This document shows positions 40,068-49,042 of a stretch of 64,000 nt of DNA, piece by piece; position 1 is the stretch's first letter, and every line of letters starts with the position of its first letter. Origin of the DNA: an uncultured Ruminococcus sp. Lineage in GTDB: Bacteria > Bacillota > Clostridia > Oscillospirales > Ruminococcaceae. The position numbers were made by a program, and so were the translations under genes. The stretch spans positions 32,852 to 96,851 of the forward strand of contig CANQJO010000003.1 in assembly GCA_947624255.1 (NCBI GenBank), in the 5' to 3' direction. A model generated the notes under the pieces. That model did not search any database, was not told the origin of the DNA, and worked only from the letters and a program-made list of their open reading frames with translations.

Positions 40068-41078
40068 TTATAACCTCCTTATGTGGACAAGATGTGAGAT
40101 CGCCGGAATGGACTCTCCCTGCTGCAGTGACATAGGCGACATAAGCGCACCGGTAGCGGCAAACAGAATATTGCTCGCCTCACCCCGTTCAAGCATAGGG
40201 AGAAAATATCCGCTCAATACGCTTGCACTGCAGCCGCAGCCCGAACCGCCGCAATGGGTGTCCTGAGCCTCCGGATCAAATATCATCGCTCCGCAGTCAC
40301 GATGCTGTGAAGAGATGTCTGTTCCTTGCTTTTGCAGCACCTCAACGAGCAGACGGCTTCCCACTGTGCCGAGATCGCCCGTAACGATGAAGTCCGTATC
40401 CTCCGGCGTCAGACCTGATGCATCAAGATACCGCTTTATTGTCTCAGCCGCTGCCGGAGCCATGGCACTTCCCATATTGTTTATATCCGAAATGCCCATA
40501 TCGGCAATTTTTCCGATACAGCCGCCCACAATGGCAATATCTCCCTTGTCTGCCGATAATATCACCGCTCCCGATGCCGTACACGTCCACTGTGAGGTGG
40601 GAGTTCTCTGACCGCCGTATGAAAGCGGAAATCTGAACTGCCTCTCTGCCGTGGAGAAATGTGACGAGGTGACGGCTATTGCACGCTTTGCAGCATTATT
40701 TTCTACAAAATGTGACGCAATGACCAATCCCTCCGCCATTGTAGAGCAAGCACCGTACAGTCCGAGAAAGGGTATCTCCAGATCACGAAGTCCGTATGCC
40801 GATCCGATACACTGATTTATAAGATCACCCGAACAGATCACATCAATATCCTCTTTAGTGAGCGAGGCTTTTCGCACTGCAAGACTGACAGCTTCAAGCT
40901 GAAAGCGGCTTTCAGCCTGTTCCCATGTATCCCTGCCGAAGTGACTGTCCTCAATGATCTCATCGAAGCAGCTTCCCAGAGGACCTTTTCCCTCCTTGCC
41001 GCCGGCGACCGAGGCATAGCTCTCTATCCGGACGGGAGTATTAAACATAAACGCTCCCTGAGCGATCTTTACTGACAT
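40068..41078 (-). CDS. spoVAD: Stage V sporulation protein AD
   Basis: GPLGSCFD, GDLINQC, LGLYGACST, SSHFSTAERQFRFP, GGSGCGCS, GALMSP. Confidence 0.95.
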   Translation of the reverse strand: MSVKIAQGAFMFNTPVRIESYASVAGGKEGKGPLGSCFDEIIEDSHFGRDTWEQAESRFQLEAVSLAVRKASLTKEDIDVICSGDLINQCIGSAYGLRDLEIPFLGLYGACSTMAEGLVIASHFVENNAAKRAIAVTSSHFSTAERQFRFPLSYGGQRTPTSQWTCTASGAVILSADKGDIAIVGGCIGKIADMGISDINNMGSAMAPAAAETIKRYLDASGLTPEDTDFIVTGDLGTVGSRLLVEVLQKQGTDISSQHRDCGAMIFDPEAQDTHCGGSGCGCSASVLSGYFLPMLERGEASNILFAATGALMSPMSLQQGESIPAISHLVHIRRL

Positions 41079-41225
41079 ATTACCAACTCCAAAATATTTT
41101 TTTCCAGTGATTATTTTATCCGATGACGGCACAGATATTCACAGAAAAAATTTCAAAAAGGTAGTGACAAATAAAAATAAATATGGTATAATCAATTTAT
41201 GGCAATACTGCAAAGGAGGGTATTT

Positions 41226-42014
41226 ATGATAGCCGGTGTCTCTACAGCCTGTTTGTATCCCGAACCGACGGAGGAGAGTCTGTACGATCTCGCCGTAAAC
41301 GGTATCTCTGCCGTGGAGATCTTTGTGAATACCCATTCCGAGCTGAGGAAAAGCTATGCCGTCAATATTGCTGAGATCCTCAGACGCTTTGACATGAGGT
41401 GCGTATCCGTTCACCCGTTTACCGGCGAAATGGAGCAGTTCATGCTCTACTCCGCTTACGAGCGCAGAACGGAGGATATCCTTGAATACTACAAGTATTT
41501 TTTTCGGTTCATGAATATCACGGGAGCAAAAGTGTTCGTTTTTCACGGCGGAAAAGCCGTCCGCAGCACTGAGCTGTACTGTGAGCGATTCAGCCGCCTT
41601 TTCAGGCTTGGAAAGGAGTTCGGCATCACTGTGGCACTTGAAAATGTCACCCGATGTCAGAGCTCTTCGGCAATTTATGTCAGAGAGATCATGAAACTGC
41701 TCGGCGATGAATTTGCCTTTGTGCTTGATACAAAGCAGGCTGTCAGAGCCGGAGAGCCTCCCGAACGCTTTATTGAGATAACGGGAAACAAGCTCGTACA
41801 CGTGCATATCAGCGACAGCAGCGAAATGGGAGACTGCCTTCCTATCGGAAAAGGACGTGCGGATATACGGGGACTTCTCAGAAAAATATACCTGAATAAC
41901 CCGGAGTGCAGTGTTGTTCTTGAGCTTTACAGAACAGGATTCGGCAGTGTCGGCGAGCTTGTTCACAGCTATAATATCCTGTCAAATATGACGAAGGAGT
42001 GCGAATTATCATGA
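41226..42014 (+). CDS. Sugar phosphate isomerase/epimerase family TIM-barrel protein
   Basis: SVHPF, VFHGG, VALENV, VLDTKQ, VHVHISD, VVLELY; ATG 41226 after aaggagg. Confidence 0.8.
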   Translation: MIAGVSTACLYPEPTEESLYDLAVNGISAVEIFVNTHSELRKSYAVNIAEILRRFDMRCVSVHPFTGEMEQFMLYSAYERRTEDILEYYKYFFRFMNITGAKVFVFHGGKAVRSTELYCERFSRLFRLGKEFGITVALENVTRCQSSSAIYVREIMKLLGDEFAFVLDTKQAVRAGEPPERFIEITGNKLVHVHISDSSEMGDCLPIGKGRADIRGLLRKIYLNNPECSVVLELYRTGFGSVGELVHSYNILSNMTKECELS

Positions 42015-42502
42015 AATGTCCCTTCTGCGGATTCGAGGATTCAAAGGTAGTGGATTCCCGGCCTGCTGACGATAAGATCCGCCGGAGAAGAGAATGTATC
42101 AAGTGTACGGGAAGATTCACCACATATGAGGCGGTAGAAGTTCCGCTGCTTATGGTTCAGAAGCGTGACGGCACATTTGAGCCGTTCGACCGTAACAAGC
42201 TCATAAAGGGGATCTTCAGCGCAATAAAAAAGAGACCGATCACTATAGATCAGGTCTCGGAAATTGCCGACTATGTGGAAAATCATTACGCCAATGCATT
42301 GCAGATGATAGCTGAGACACGGGAGATCGGCGATCTGGTGCTTAACCGGCTCAGAGGGATAGATCCGATATCGTATATAAGATTTGCATCGGTGTATGAG
42401 GATTTCACTGATATTGCAAGCTTCGTTGAGGTTATCAGCGAGCTGGAAAAACAAGGTGTTCAAGAGACAGACGTTTCCAATGAAACAGAAATCTCTGAAT
42501 AA
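42011..42502 (+). CDS. nrdR: Transcriptional repressor NrdR
   Basis: MKCPFCG..DSKVVDSR..IRRRRECIKC..RFTTYE, ATP cone, SYIRFASVY. Confidence 0.97.
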   Translation: MKCPFCGFEDSKVVDSRPADDKIRRRRECIKCTGRFTTYEAVEVPLLMVQKRDGTFEPFDRNKLIKGIFSAIKKRPITIDQVSEIADYVENHYANALQMIAETREIGDLVLNRLRGIDPISYIRFASVYEDFTDIASFVEVISELEKQGVQETDVSNETEISE

Positions 42503-42607
42503 TATAATAGACCTTATCTGAAACCGGAAAGCGCCGGATAACTCAAAAAACAAGTCATACAGCGTTTCTGAGGCGTTCTGAGAGGTCTGATAACGGAGGT
42601 CACTAAG

Positions 42608-42979
42608 ATGAATAATTTTCTCGGCACATTCAACGACAGCTCTGCACAGAGCACATTTTCACAGGAGGATATCAGCAAAAACGGCGTAGTTGGCGCTATC
42701 GGGTATATCATACCTATTCTTTTCTTCCTGCCCATACTCATGAACAAAAATTCCTCATACTGCAAATTTCACGCCAACCAGCAGCTCACATGGCTGATAT
42801 TCGGTGTGGTATTCGGCGTCGTTTCAGCTGTTCTGAATCTTATCCCTGTTGTGGGAGCTGTCATCACAATTATCCTGGGCATCTTCTTCCTTGCAGTTGC
42901 TATCTGCTTAGCTTACGGAGCTTTCAAGGGTATGGCTCTGAGATTACCTTTCATAGGCGATCTTATCAACATCTTTTAA
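42608..42979 (+). CDS. DUF4870-like membrane protein
   Basis: GYIIPILFFLP..SSYCKFHANQQL..LRLPFIG. Confidence 0.75.
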   Translation: MNNFLGTFNDSSAQSTFSQEDISKNGVVGAIGYIIPILFFLPILMNKNSSYCKFHANQQLTWLIFGVVFGVVSAVLNLIPVVGAVITIILGIFFLAVAICLAYGAFKGMALRLPFIGDLINIF

Positions 42980-42996
42980 TTTTCGGGAGATCGCTT

Positions 42997-43422
42997 TCAG
43001 CTCACTGAAAGCCTCAGCCCTCCCGCATCCTCGCTGTAAACCATTGATGCAACGGCTGTGTCGTCGCAGACAAGCAGCTCTGCAAGCATCTTCTTACTTT
43101 CGGGACTGTAATTTTTTACCTGATAGACGTAGAGCATCGCATCTCTTCCGGCATACTCTCTGAGCGGAAGTCCCTGCTTATCCTGTATGAGAGCGTATTC
43201 CTCATAGGCGGCGGAAAAATCACCGGGGATCGTAATGCTTTTTCCTGCGATCTCCTCGACCTCCCAGCCGTGAGAGGCAAAGTATTCGATCCGCTGTGAG
43301 GGATTTGCCGCAGCAACGGCAGTTTTATCGGTCGGCGAAGTCTCACTGTCGGGATAAAGCAATGTGACAGCAGCAGCCGCTATTACAGCGGCAGATATGA
43401 AAACAGCAGTTTTTTTCTTCAT
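42997..43422 (-). CDS. DUF4830-like protein
   Basis: TM helix, then RIEYFASHGWEV..IP..F..AYEEY..IQ..QG..L..YAG. Confidence 0.7.
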   Translation of the reverse strand: MKKKTAVFISAAVIAAAAVTLLYPDSETSPTDKTAVAAANPSQRIEYFASHGWEVEEIAGKSITIPGDFSAAYEEYALIQDKQGLPLREYAGRDAMLYVYQVKNYSPESKKMLAELLVCDDTAVASMVYSEDAGGLRLSVS

Positions 43423-43468
43423 GATGAAGTACCTCCGGAAAAAAGTCTATAGAGCATCTCTGATACTA

Positions 43469-43497
43469 TAGTATTCACCTCCGGAGGAATTTTATAC
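43469..43497 (-). promoter_or_regulatory. Possible sigma-G/F (forespore) promoter of the DUF4830 gene
   Basis: Minus strand GTATA-17-AATACTA. Confidence 0.4.
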
Positions 43498-43525
43498 CAT
43501 AACAAGATCGGAGAGTGAGATCACG

Positions 43526-44308
43526 TTGAGCGATAATATCCGCCTTGATAAATTCATATCCGAACGCACTGAGCTGTCAAGAAGCGTCATAAAGCAGCTT
43601 GCCTCAAAGGGCGGGATACTCGTGGACGGGGCAGCCGTGAAAAAAACCGATACGAAGATCGATCCGAAAAAAAATACAGTGACCGTCTCCGGCAGAGTGC
43701 TTTCCGCCCGGCGGGATCACTATATCCTGATGAACAAGCCCGAAGGATACGTTTGCTCGACCGGCGACAGGGACGGCAGGACTGTCATGGAGCTGATACC
43801 CGACGATCTGAGGACAAAGGGAATGTTTCCGGCAGGAAGGCTCGACAAGGATTCTACCGGCGCTCTCATTATCACCGATGACGGAGATCTTGCCCACCGC
43901 CTGCTTGCTCCGGGACATCATGTGCCGAAAATCTATATTGTGAAACTTGCCAGACCGTTTCAAAATAAATATATTGACAAATTCGCCGCCGGAGTAGTCC
44001 TATCCTCAGGTGAAGAGTTCCTTCCGGCAAGGATAATACCTGCGAAAAACTGCGAAAAACTGGCGTTTGTCGAGATCTGTGAGGGAAAATACCATCAGAT
44101 AAAACGAATGTTTGCGGCTGTTGAAAATCATGTTGAAAACTTGCACAGAATTTCTGTCGGAGGATTGATTCTTCCCGAAAAATTGGGCATCGGCGAGTGT
44201 ATGGAATTATTGCACAAAGATGTTGAAAACTTGTTTTCGCCCCTCGATTTTGAAAAGTTTTGCCGGGATTTTGAGGACGATTTTTCGGCAAAACACATAA
44301 ACAAATAA
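43526..44308 (+). CDS. Pseudouridine synthase, RsuA family
   Basis: S4 domain RLDKFI, MNKPEGYVCS, GRLDKDSTG, ICEGKYHQIKRMF. Confidence 0.93.
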   Translation: MSDNIRLDKFISERTELSRSVIKQLASKGGILVDGAAVKKTDTKIDPKKNTVTVSGRVLSARRDHYILMNKPEGYVCSTGDRDGRTVMELIPDDLRTKGMFPAGRLDKDSTGALIITDDGDLAHRLLAPGHHVPKIYIVKLARPFQNKYIDKFAAGVVLSSGEEFLPARIIPAKNCEKLAFVEICEGKYHQIKRMFAAVENHVENLHRISVGGLILPEKLGIGECMELLHKDVENLFSPLDFEKFCRDFEDDFSAKHINK

Positions 44309-44332
44309 TTGTAAGTTTGTCAATTTAGCATC

Positions 44333-44361
44333 TTGAAATATTTCATCTTTTTTGGTATTAT
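44333..44361 (+). promoter_or_regulatory. Sigma-A promoter of msmX
   Basis: TTGAAA-17-TATTAT. Confidence 0.55.
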
Positions 44362-44428
44362 ATTATTATAGCTGATAGTGGAGACATCAAACGTCAGCAA
44401 GAAATTATGAACTGGAGGACTGGATCAA

Positions 44429-45568
44429 ATGGCAGGCTTAACACTTAAAGGCATTTATAAAAAATATCCGGGTGGTGTTGTTGCGGTTTCGGATGTTAAT
44501 TTAGAGATAAGAGATAAGGAATTTATCGTTCTCGTCGGACCTTCCGGCTGCGGTAAATCAACAACTCTTCGTATGATCGCCGGACTTGAGGAGATATCAG
44601 AGGGCGAATTGTATATCGGCGACCGTCTTGTAAATGATATCGCTCCCAAGGACAGAGATATCGCAATGGTTTTCCAGAACTATGCTCTCTATCCTCATAT
44701 GACGGTTTTCGATAACATGGCTTTCGGACTCAAGCTCCGCAAAGTGCCCAAGGACGAGATCGAAAGAAAGGTAAACGAGGCTGCTAAGATCCTCGACCTC
44801 ACTCACCTCCTCGACAGAAAGCCGAAGGCTATGTCAGGCGGTCAGAGACAGCGTGTGGCTCTCGGCCGTGCTATCGTTCGTTCACCTAAGGTATTCCTTC
44901 TTGACGAGCCGCTCTCAAACCTCGATGCAAAGCTCCGTGCTCAGATGAGAACCGAGATCTCTAAGATCCATAAAAAGCTGGGTACTACGTTCATCTACGT
45001 TACCCACGATCAGACCGAGGCTATGACCATGGGCGATCGTATCGTCTGCATGAAGGACGGCTTCGTACAGCAGATAGATACTCCTCAGAACCTCTACGAG
45101 AACCCGACAAATAAGTTCGTTGCAGGATTCCTCGGCTCACCTCAGATGAATTTCATTGACGCTGTCCTCAAGGAGGAGTACGGTCAGTATATCGTTGAAT
45201 TCGGCTCTGAGGATTCAAGAACCGCCAAAGGCGTGAAGTATCAGATCATCGTTCCTGAGTCAAAGGTAAATGACGATCTGGGCAGCTATGTCGGCAAGGA
45301 GATCATTCTCGGCGTTCGTCCGGAGAGCATTCACGATGAGGAGATGTACCTCTCCAACGCTACAACAGGCGTTATTGATGCATATGTCGAGATCACTGAG
45401 CTTATGGGAGCTGAAACATATCTGTACCTCCTCTGCGAGGGTATCCCGCTTACCGCAAGAGTAAGCCCGAGATCTACCGCAAGACCGGGTGATGATATCA
45501 AGGTAGCTATTGATCCTAACAGAATACACATCTTCGACAAGGAGACTGAAAAAGCTATAGTCAACTAA
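44429..45568 (+). CDS. msmX: Multiple-sugar ABC transporter ATPase (MsmX/MsmK type)
   Basis: [56 protein letters not shown] tail. Confidence 0.93.
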   Translation: MAGLTLKGIYKKYPGGVVAVSDVNLEIRDKEFIVLVGPSGCGKSTTLRMIAGLEEISEGELYIGDRLVNDIAPKDRDIAMVFQNYALYPHMTVFDNMAFGLKLRKVPKDEIERKVNEAAKILDLTHLLDRKPKAMSGGQRQRVALGRAIVRSPKVFLLDEPLSNLDAKLRAQMRTEISKIHKKLGTTFIYVTHDQTEAMTMGDRIVCMKDGFVQQIDTPQNLYENPTNKFVAGFLGSPQMNFIDAVLKEEYGQYIVEFGSEDSRTAKGVKYQIIVPESKVNDDLGSYVGKEIILGVRPESIHDEEMYLSNATTGVIDAYVEITELMGAETYLYLLCEGIPLTARVSPRSTARPGDDIKVAIDPNRIHIFDKETEKAIVN

Positions 45569-45618
45569 TTTTTCATAATAACATATCCTTTTCTGTTCCC
45601 CTTAAAACGGGAACGCAG

Positions 45619-45648
45619 AAGGCTGTCCGCATCATTACGGGCAGCCTT
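45619..45648. terminator. Bidirectional terminator
   Basis: aaggctgtccg/cgggcagcctt between convergent genes. Confidence 0.75.
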
Positions 45649-45661
45649 TCTGTTTTCGGGA

Positions 45662-45964
45662 TCATCGTCTGTCTGAAGAAGTCTCGCTTTTATCCCGGTG
45701 ATCTTTATCGTCACGGTCATCGTCTTTACCGCCCATGATATCATCAACAGCATCGGTTACGCCGTCTGCAATATCACTTCCGGCATCTCCGATATCATCA
45801 ATGATGCTGTTTGCGTCATCTTTTGCGTCATCCTTTACATCGTCCTTGTGCTCGGTAACAGAACTCCTATCAGAGTTTGAATCGTAGGGAGTGTCCTGAG
45901 AGCCGCAGGCTGTAAAGGCGCATACCGTCAATAATATGGAGCATATCGCTAAAAGCTTTTTCAT
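45662..45964 (-). CDS. Small acidic lipoprotein
   Basis: ATG 45964 after ggagg; lipobox FTAC; Asp-rich. Confidence 0.72.
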   Translation of the reverse strand: MKKLLAICSILLTVCAFTACGSQDTPYDSNSDRSSVTEHKDDVKDDAKDDANSIIDDIGDAGSDIADGVTDAVDDIMGGKDDDRDDKDHRDKSETSSDRR

Positions 45965-45998
45965 GCTACTATATCCTCCGTTTTTATTCATTGAGGAG

Positions 45999-46190
45999 TT
46001 TTCCACAATGTAATTTTATTGTTTACACATTTTCCCCGTTTATCCACAGACTTTTCAACTTTTTCGACCTGTAAGAATATGTATTTTCCGTTGTTTTCCA
46101 CTTTTTCCACAGAGTTTTCAACAGTGGGAAGCGTGATTTCACAACGCTTTCAACACATTGTGGAAAATTTTTCCGAAGCTGTGTGGAAAA
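45999..46190. promoter_or_regulatory. DnaA-box cluster
   Basis: TTWTNCACA matches at 45999, 46040 (TTATCCACA), 46103, 46159 (rc) and 46182 (rc); one-mismatch boxes at 46021, 46094 and 46115. Confidence 0.8.
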
Positions 46191-46232
46191 TATTTCGTCA
46201 GACACCCGTGTATTTTCAGTCAAGTTGCGTTC

Positions 46233-46261
46233 TTGACAATCTCTTGATAATAGTGTATAAT
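46233..46261 (+). promoter_or_regulatory. Sigma-A promoter of ldh
   Basis: TTGACA-17-TATAAT. Confidence 0.8.
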
Positions 46262-46366
46262 ATAATTACATCTGATGCAAATTATGCTTATAAGCAGCAC
46301 CGCACAATGAACGCCTTACGGCTTTGCACATAATCTGCTTGCATTAGTAATCATGGAGGTAATACT

Positions 46367-47317
46367 ATGAGTGATAAATCAAAAAACGGCAGCAAGATCA
46401 CTATAATCGGTGCAGGAAATGTCGGCGCTACTGTGGCTTATACCTTCGCAGTTGCCGGAACGTGCTCCGATGTGGTGCTCGTCGATATAAATAAAGCCAA
46501 GGCTAAGGGCGAGGCTATGGATATAAGGCAGGGCGTATCCTTCGGTCACAACGTTGAGGTTTGGGACGGCTCATATGAGGACGCTGCCGGCTCGGATATC
46601 GTTGTGGTAACGCTCGGTTTGGCAAGAAAACCCGGTCAAACTCGTCTCGATCTTGCTCAGACAAATGTGAATATCGTCAAGGAGGTAATGCCTCAGATCG
46701 CAAGATTTGCTCCTGATGCGATCTACATCGTGGTAAGCAATCCCGTTGATATCCTTACATATGCTATCCTGAAATGTACGGGACTTTCTCTCGGACAGGT
46801 CATAGGTTCAGGCACAGCACTCGATACATCACGTCTGAGATCAAGCATTGCCGATCATGTGGGGCTCAGTCCTAACAGTATCCACGCCTATGTTTTCGGA
46901 GAACACGGCGACACCTCCATGATACCGTGGTCTATCACAAATATCGCAGGTATCCCCATGGAGGAATACTGCAAGGATCAGGATCACGCCGATATCGACA
47001 AGGACGAGATCGTTGAGGAGGTGCGCAAAGCCGGAAGTGAAGTCATAAAACGCAAGGGCGCAACATTTTATGCAATAGCTCTTTCGGTGAATAAGATCTG
47101 CGACTGCATTCTTCGTGACTCAAATAATGTTATCTCAGTGTCCACGCTTGCAAACGGAAGATACGGCATCAATGATGTGTGTCTGAGTCTGCCGTGCGTT
47201 ATCGGCGGACACGGCATAGAAAAAGAGCTCTCTCCCACGCTTACCGATGCAGAGGTAGAGAAGCTCCGTGCAAGTGCGGAGGCACTTAAATCAGTGATCC
47301 GTCAGCTTGAATTTTAA
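46367..47317 (+). CDS. ldh: L-lactate dehydrogenase
   Basis: IIGAGNVG, RKPGQTRLDL, VSNPVD, GTALDTSR, GEHGDT, RKGATFYAIA. Confidence 0.9.
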   Translation: MSDKSKNGSKITIIGAGNVGATVAYTFAVAGTCSDVVLVDINKAKAKGEAMDIRQGVSFGHNVEVWDGSYEDAAGSDIVVVTLGLARKPGQTRLDLAQTNVNIVKEVMPQIARFAPDAIYIVVSNPVDILTYAILKCTGLSLGQVIGSGTALDTSRLRSSIADHVGLSPNSIHAYVFGEHGDTSMIPWSITNIAGIPMEEYCKDQDHADIDKDEIVEEVRKAGSEVIKRKGATFYAIALSVNKICDCILRDSNNVISVSTLANGRYGINDVCLSLPCVIGGHGIEKELSPTLTDAEVEKLRASAEALKSVIRQLEF

Positions 47318-47329
47318 TAGTACAATGAC

Positions 47330-47387
47330 GTACCGACAGTATTCCCGCCTTGCTGAAAAATGCACAAGGCGAGTTAAACTTCGGTAC
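47330..47387 (+). terminator. Stem-loop between ldh and hydF
   Basis: gtaccga/tcggtac outer stem and cgccttg/caaggcg inner stem, followed by a U-run. Confidence 0.6.
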
Positions 47388-47408
47388 ATTTTTTTAAGGA
47401 GTGATCTT

Positions 47409-48584
47409 ATGAGTATGAATGATACCCCCTCCGGCGAAAGAGTCCACATCGGGTTCTTCGGCAGAAGAAACGCCGGAAAATCAAGCGTTGTCAACGCTGT
47501 CACCGGTCAGGAGCTGTCTCTCGTTTCTGACATAAAGGGAACGACCACCGATCCTGTCACAAAAGCTATGGAGATCCTTCCCCTCGGTCCTGTAGTGATA
47601 ATTGATACTCCCGGCTTTGATGATACCGGCACTCTCGGCGAGATGAGAGTCCGCCGGACAAAACAGATCCTTGACAAAACGGATATTGCCATACTTGTGA
47701 TCGACTCCGCCGAGGGAGTCACCGATGCCGACAAGGAGCTTATAAATATTTTTGACGAGAAAAAGATCCCCCACATAACAGTGTATAATAAATCCGATAT
47801 CGCCGCCGCCGAAATTTCCGAAAATGAGATCTCCGTCAGCGCTGTCACCGGTGATAATATCAACGCTCTGAAAGATATGATCGCCGCATTGGTGAAGTCC
47901 TCCGGAAACGACCGCCGCATTGTAGGAGATCTGCTCTCGCCCTGTGATACCGTTGTGCTTGTAACGCCAATTGATGCTGCTGCTCCGAAAGGAAGAATGA
48001 TACTCCCACAGCAGCAGACCCTCCGTGATATACTTGACTCCGATGCCGTTGCCGTGGTGGTAAAGGAGCATCAGCTTGCTCAGGCATTAGAGACCATAAG
48101 ATCACCCCGAATGGTCATCACAGACAGTCAGGCTTTTCATTTCGTGAATAAAATCGTTCCGGAAAACATTCCGCTTACATCATTCTCTATTCTCATGGCA
48201 AGATATAAGGGTTTTTTAGAGTCCGCTGTCCGTGGAGCAGAGGCGATCTCCTCATTGAAGGAGGGAGACAGAGTGCTTATCTCCGAAGGCTGCACGCATC
48301 ACCGTCAGTGCGGAGATATCGGCAGTATAAAACTCCCGGCACTGCTGAAAAAATTCACCGGCTCAACACCGGATATCACTCTCAGTTCGGGACGTGATTT
48401 TCCCGAAAATCTCAGCGGCTATAAACTCGTGATACACTGCGGAGGCTGTATGCTCACCGAAAGAGATGTGCTCCACCGCAGGGATATCGCCGGATCACAA
48501 GGTATACCGTTCACGAATTACGGCATCGCCATCGCAAAAATGAACGGCATACTTGAAAGAAGTCTCAAAGCTGTCAAAGGCTGA
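47409..48584 (+). CDS. hydF: [FeFe]-hydrogenase maturation GTPase HydF
   Basis: GRRNAGKSS, GTTTD, DTPG, NKSD, PKGRMILPQ, EGCTH, IHCGGCM, TNYG. Confidence 0.95.
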   Translation: MSMNDTPSGERVHIGFFGRRNAGKSSVVNAVTGQELSLVSDIKGTTTDPVTKAMEILPLGPVVIIDTPGFDDTGTLGEMRVRRTKQILDKTDIAILVIDSAEGVTDADKELINIFDEKKIPHITVYNKSDIAAAEISENEISVSAVTGDNINALKDMIAALVKSSGNDRRIVGDLLSPCDTVVLVTPIDAAAPKGRMILPQQQTLRDILDSDAVAVVVKEHQLAQALETIRSPRMVITDSQAFHFVNKIVPENIPLTSFSILMARYKGFLESAVRGAEAISSLKEGDRVLISEGCTHHRQCGDIGSIKLPALLKKFTGSTPDITLSSGRDFPENLSGYKLVIHCGGCMLTERDVLHRRDIAGSQGIPFTNYGIAIAKMNGILERSLKAVKG

Positions 48585-48686
48585 ACTTATAAAACTCCCA
48601 CTGCATAATATTATATTGGTGTGTCAATAATATTATCGATGAAAAAAATACGGGCAGCAATGCTGCCCACGAACGGGAGAAATATT

Positions 48687-49034
48687 ATGTCAGTTAAAAG
48701 AGGAGAGATCTATTACGCCGACCTCAGCCCCGTGGTAGGCTCTGAACAGGGCGGCATCAGACCGGTACTTATAGTTCAGAACGATGTGGGAAACAGACAC
48801 AGTCCCACAGTAATTGCGGCAGCCATTACAAGTCAGCGTGATAAGACGCATCTGCCTACCCACATCGAAGTTCAGGCTGAAAAATGCGGTCTTGCAAAAG
48901 ACAGCATCGTACTGCTTGAACAGATACGCACTATCGACAAAAAACGTCTCAAAGACAAAATGGGCGAGCTTGATCTGCGCTCTATGAATAAGGTGAACAC
49001 TGCACTTTCCATTAGTTTCGGACTGGAGATCTGA
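48687..49034 (+). CDS. mazF: MazF/PemK family endoribonuclease (EndoA-like), no adjacent antitoxin
   Basis: KRGEIYYADLSPVVGSEQGGIRPVLIVQNDVGN..SPTVIAAAIT..LPTH..SIVLLEQIRTIDK. Confidence 0.95.
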   Translation: MSVKRGEIYYADLSPVVGSEQGGIRPVLIVQNDVGNRHSPTVIAAAITSQRDKTHLPTHIEVQAEKCGLAKDSIVLLEQIRTIDKKRLKDKMGELDLRSMNKVNTALSISFGLEI

Positions 49035-49042
49035 TGCCGATC

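Noticed and set aside
47330-47387. Hairpin with TACCGA...TCGGTA ends as a fifth copy of the repeat family
   Set aside because: Only the 6-bp ends match; the internal CCGTGC and TTTTAGA blocks are absent, so it is treated as a terminator-like stem.
47409-48584. hydF without hydE/hydG as an anomaly
   Set aside because: Maturase genes are commonly scattered in clostridial genomes, so absence from this window says nothing.
48598-48625. dif-like look of actgcataatattatattgg
   Set aside because: Only the XerC-side words resemble dif; the conserved XerD arm (TTATGTTAAA-like) is absent.
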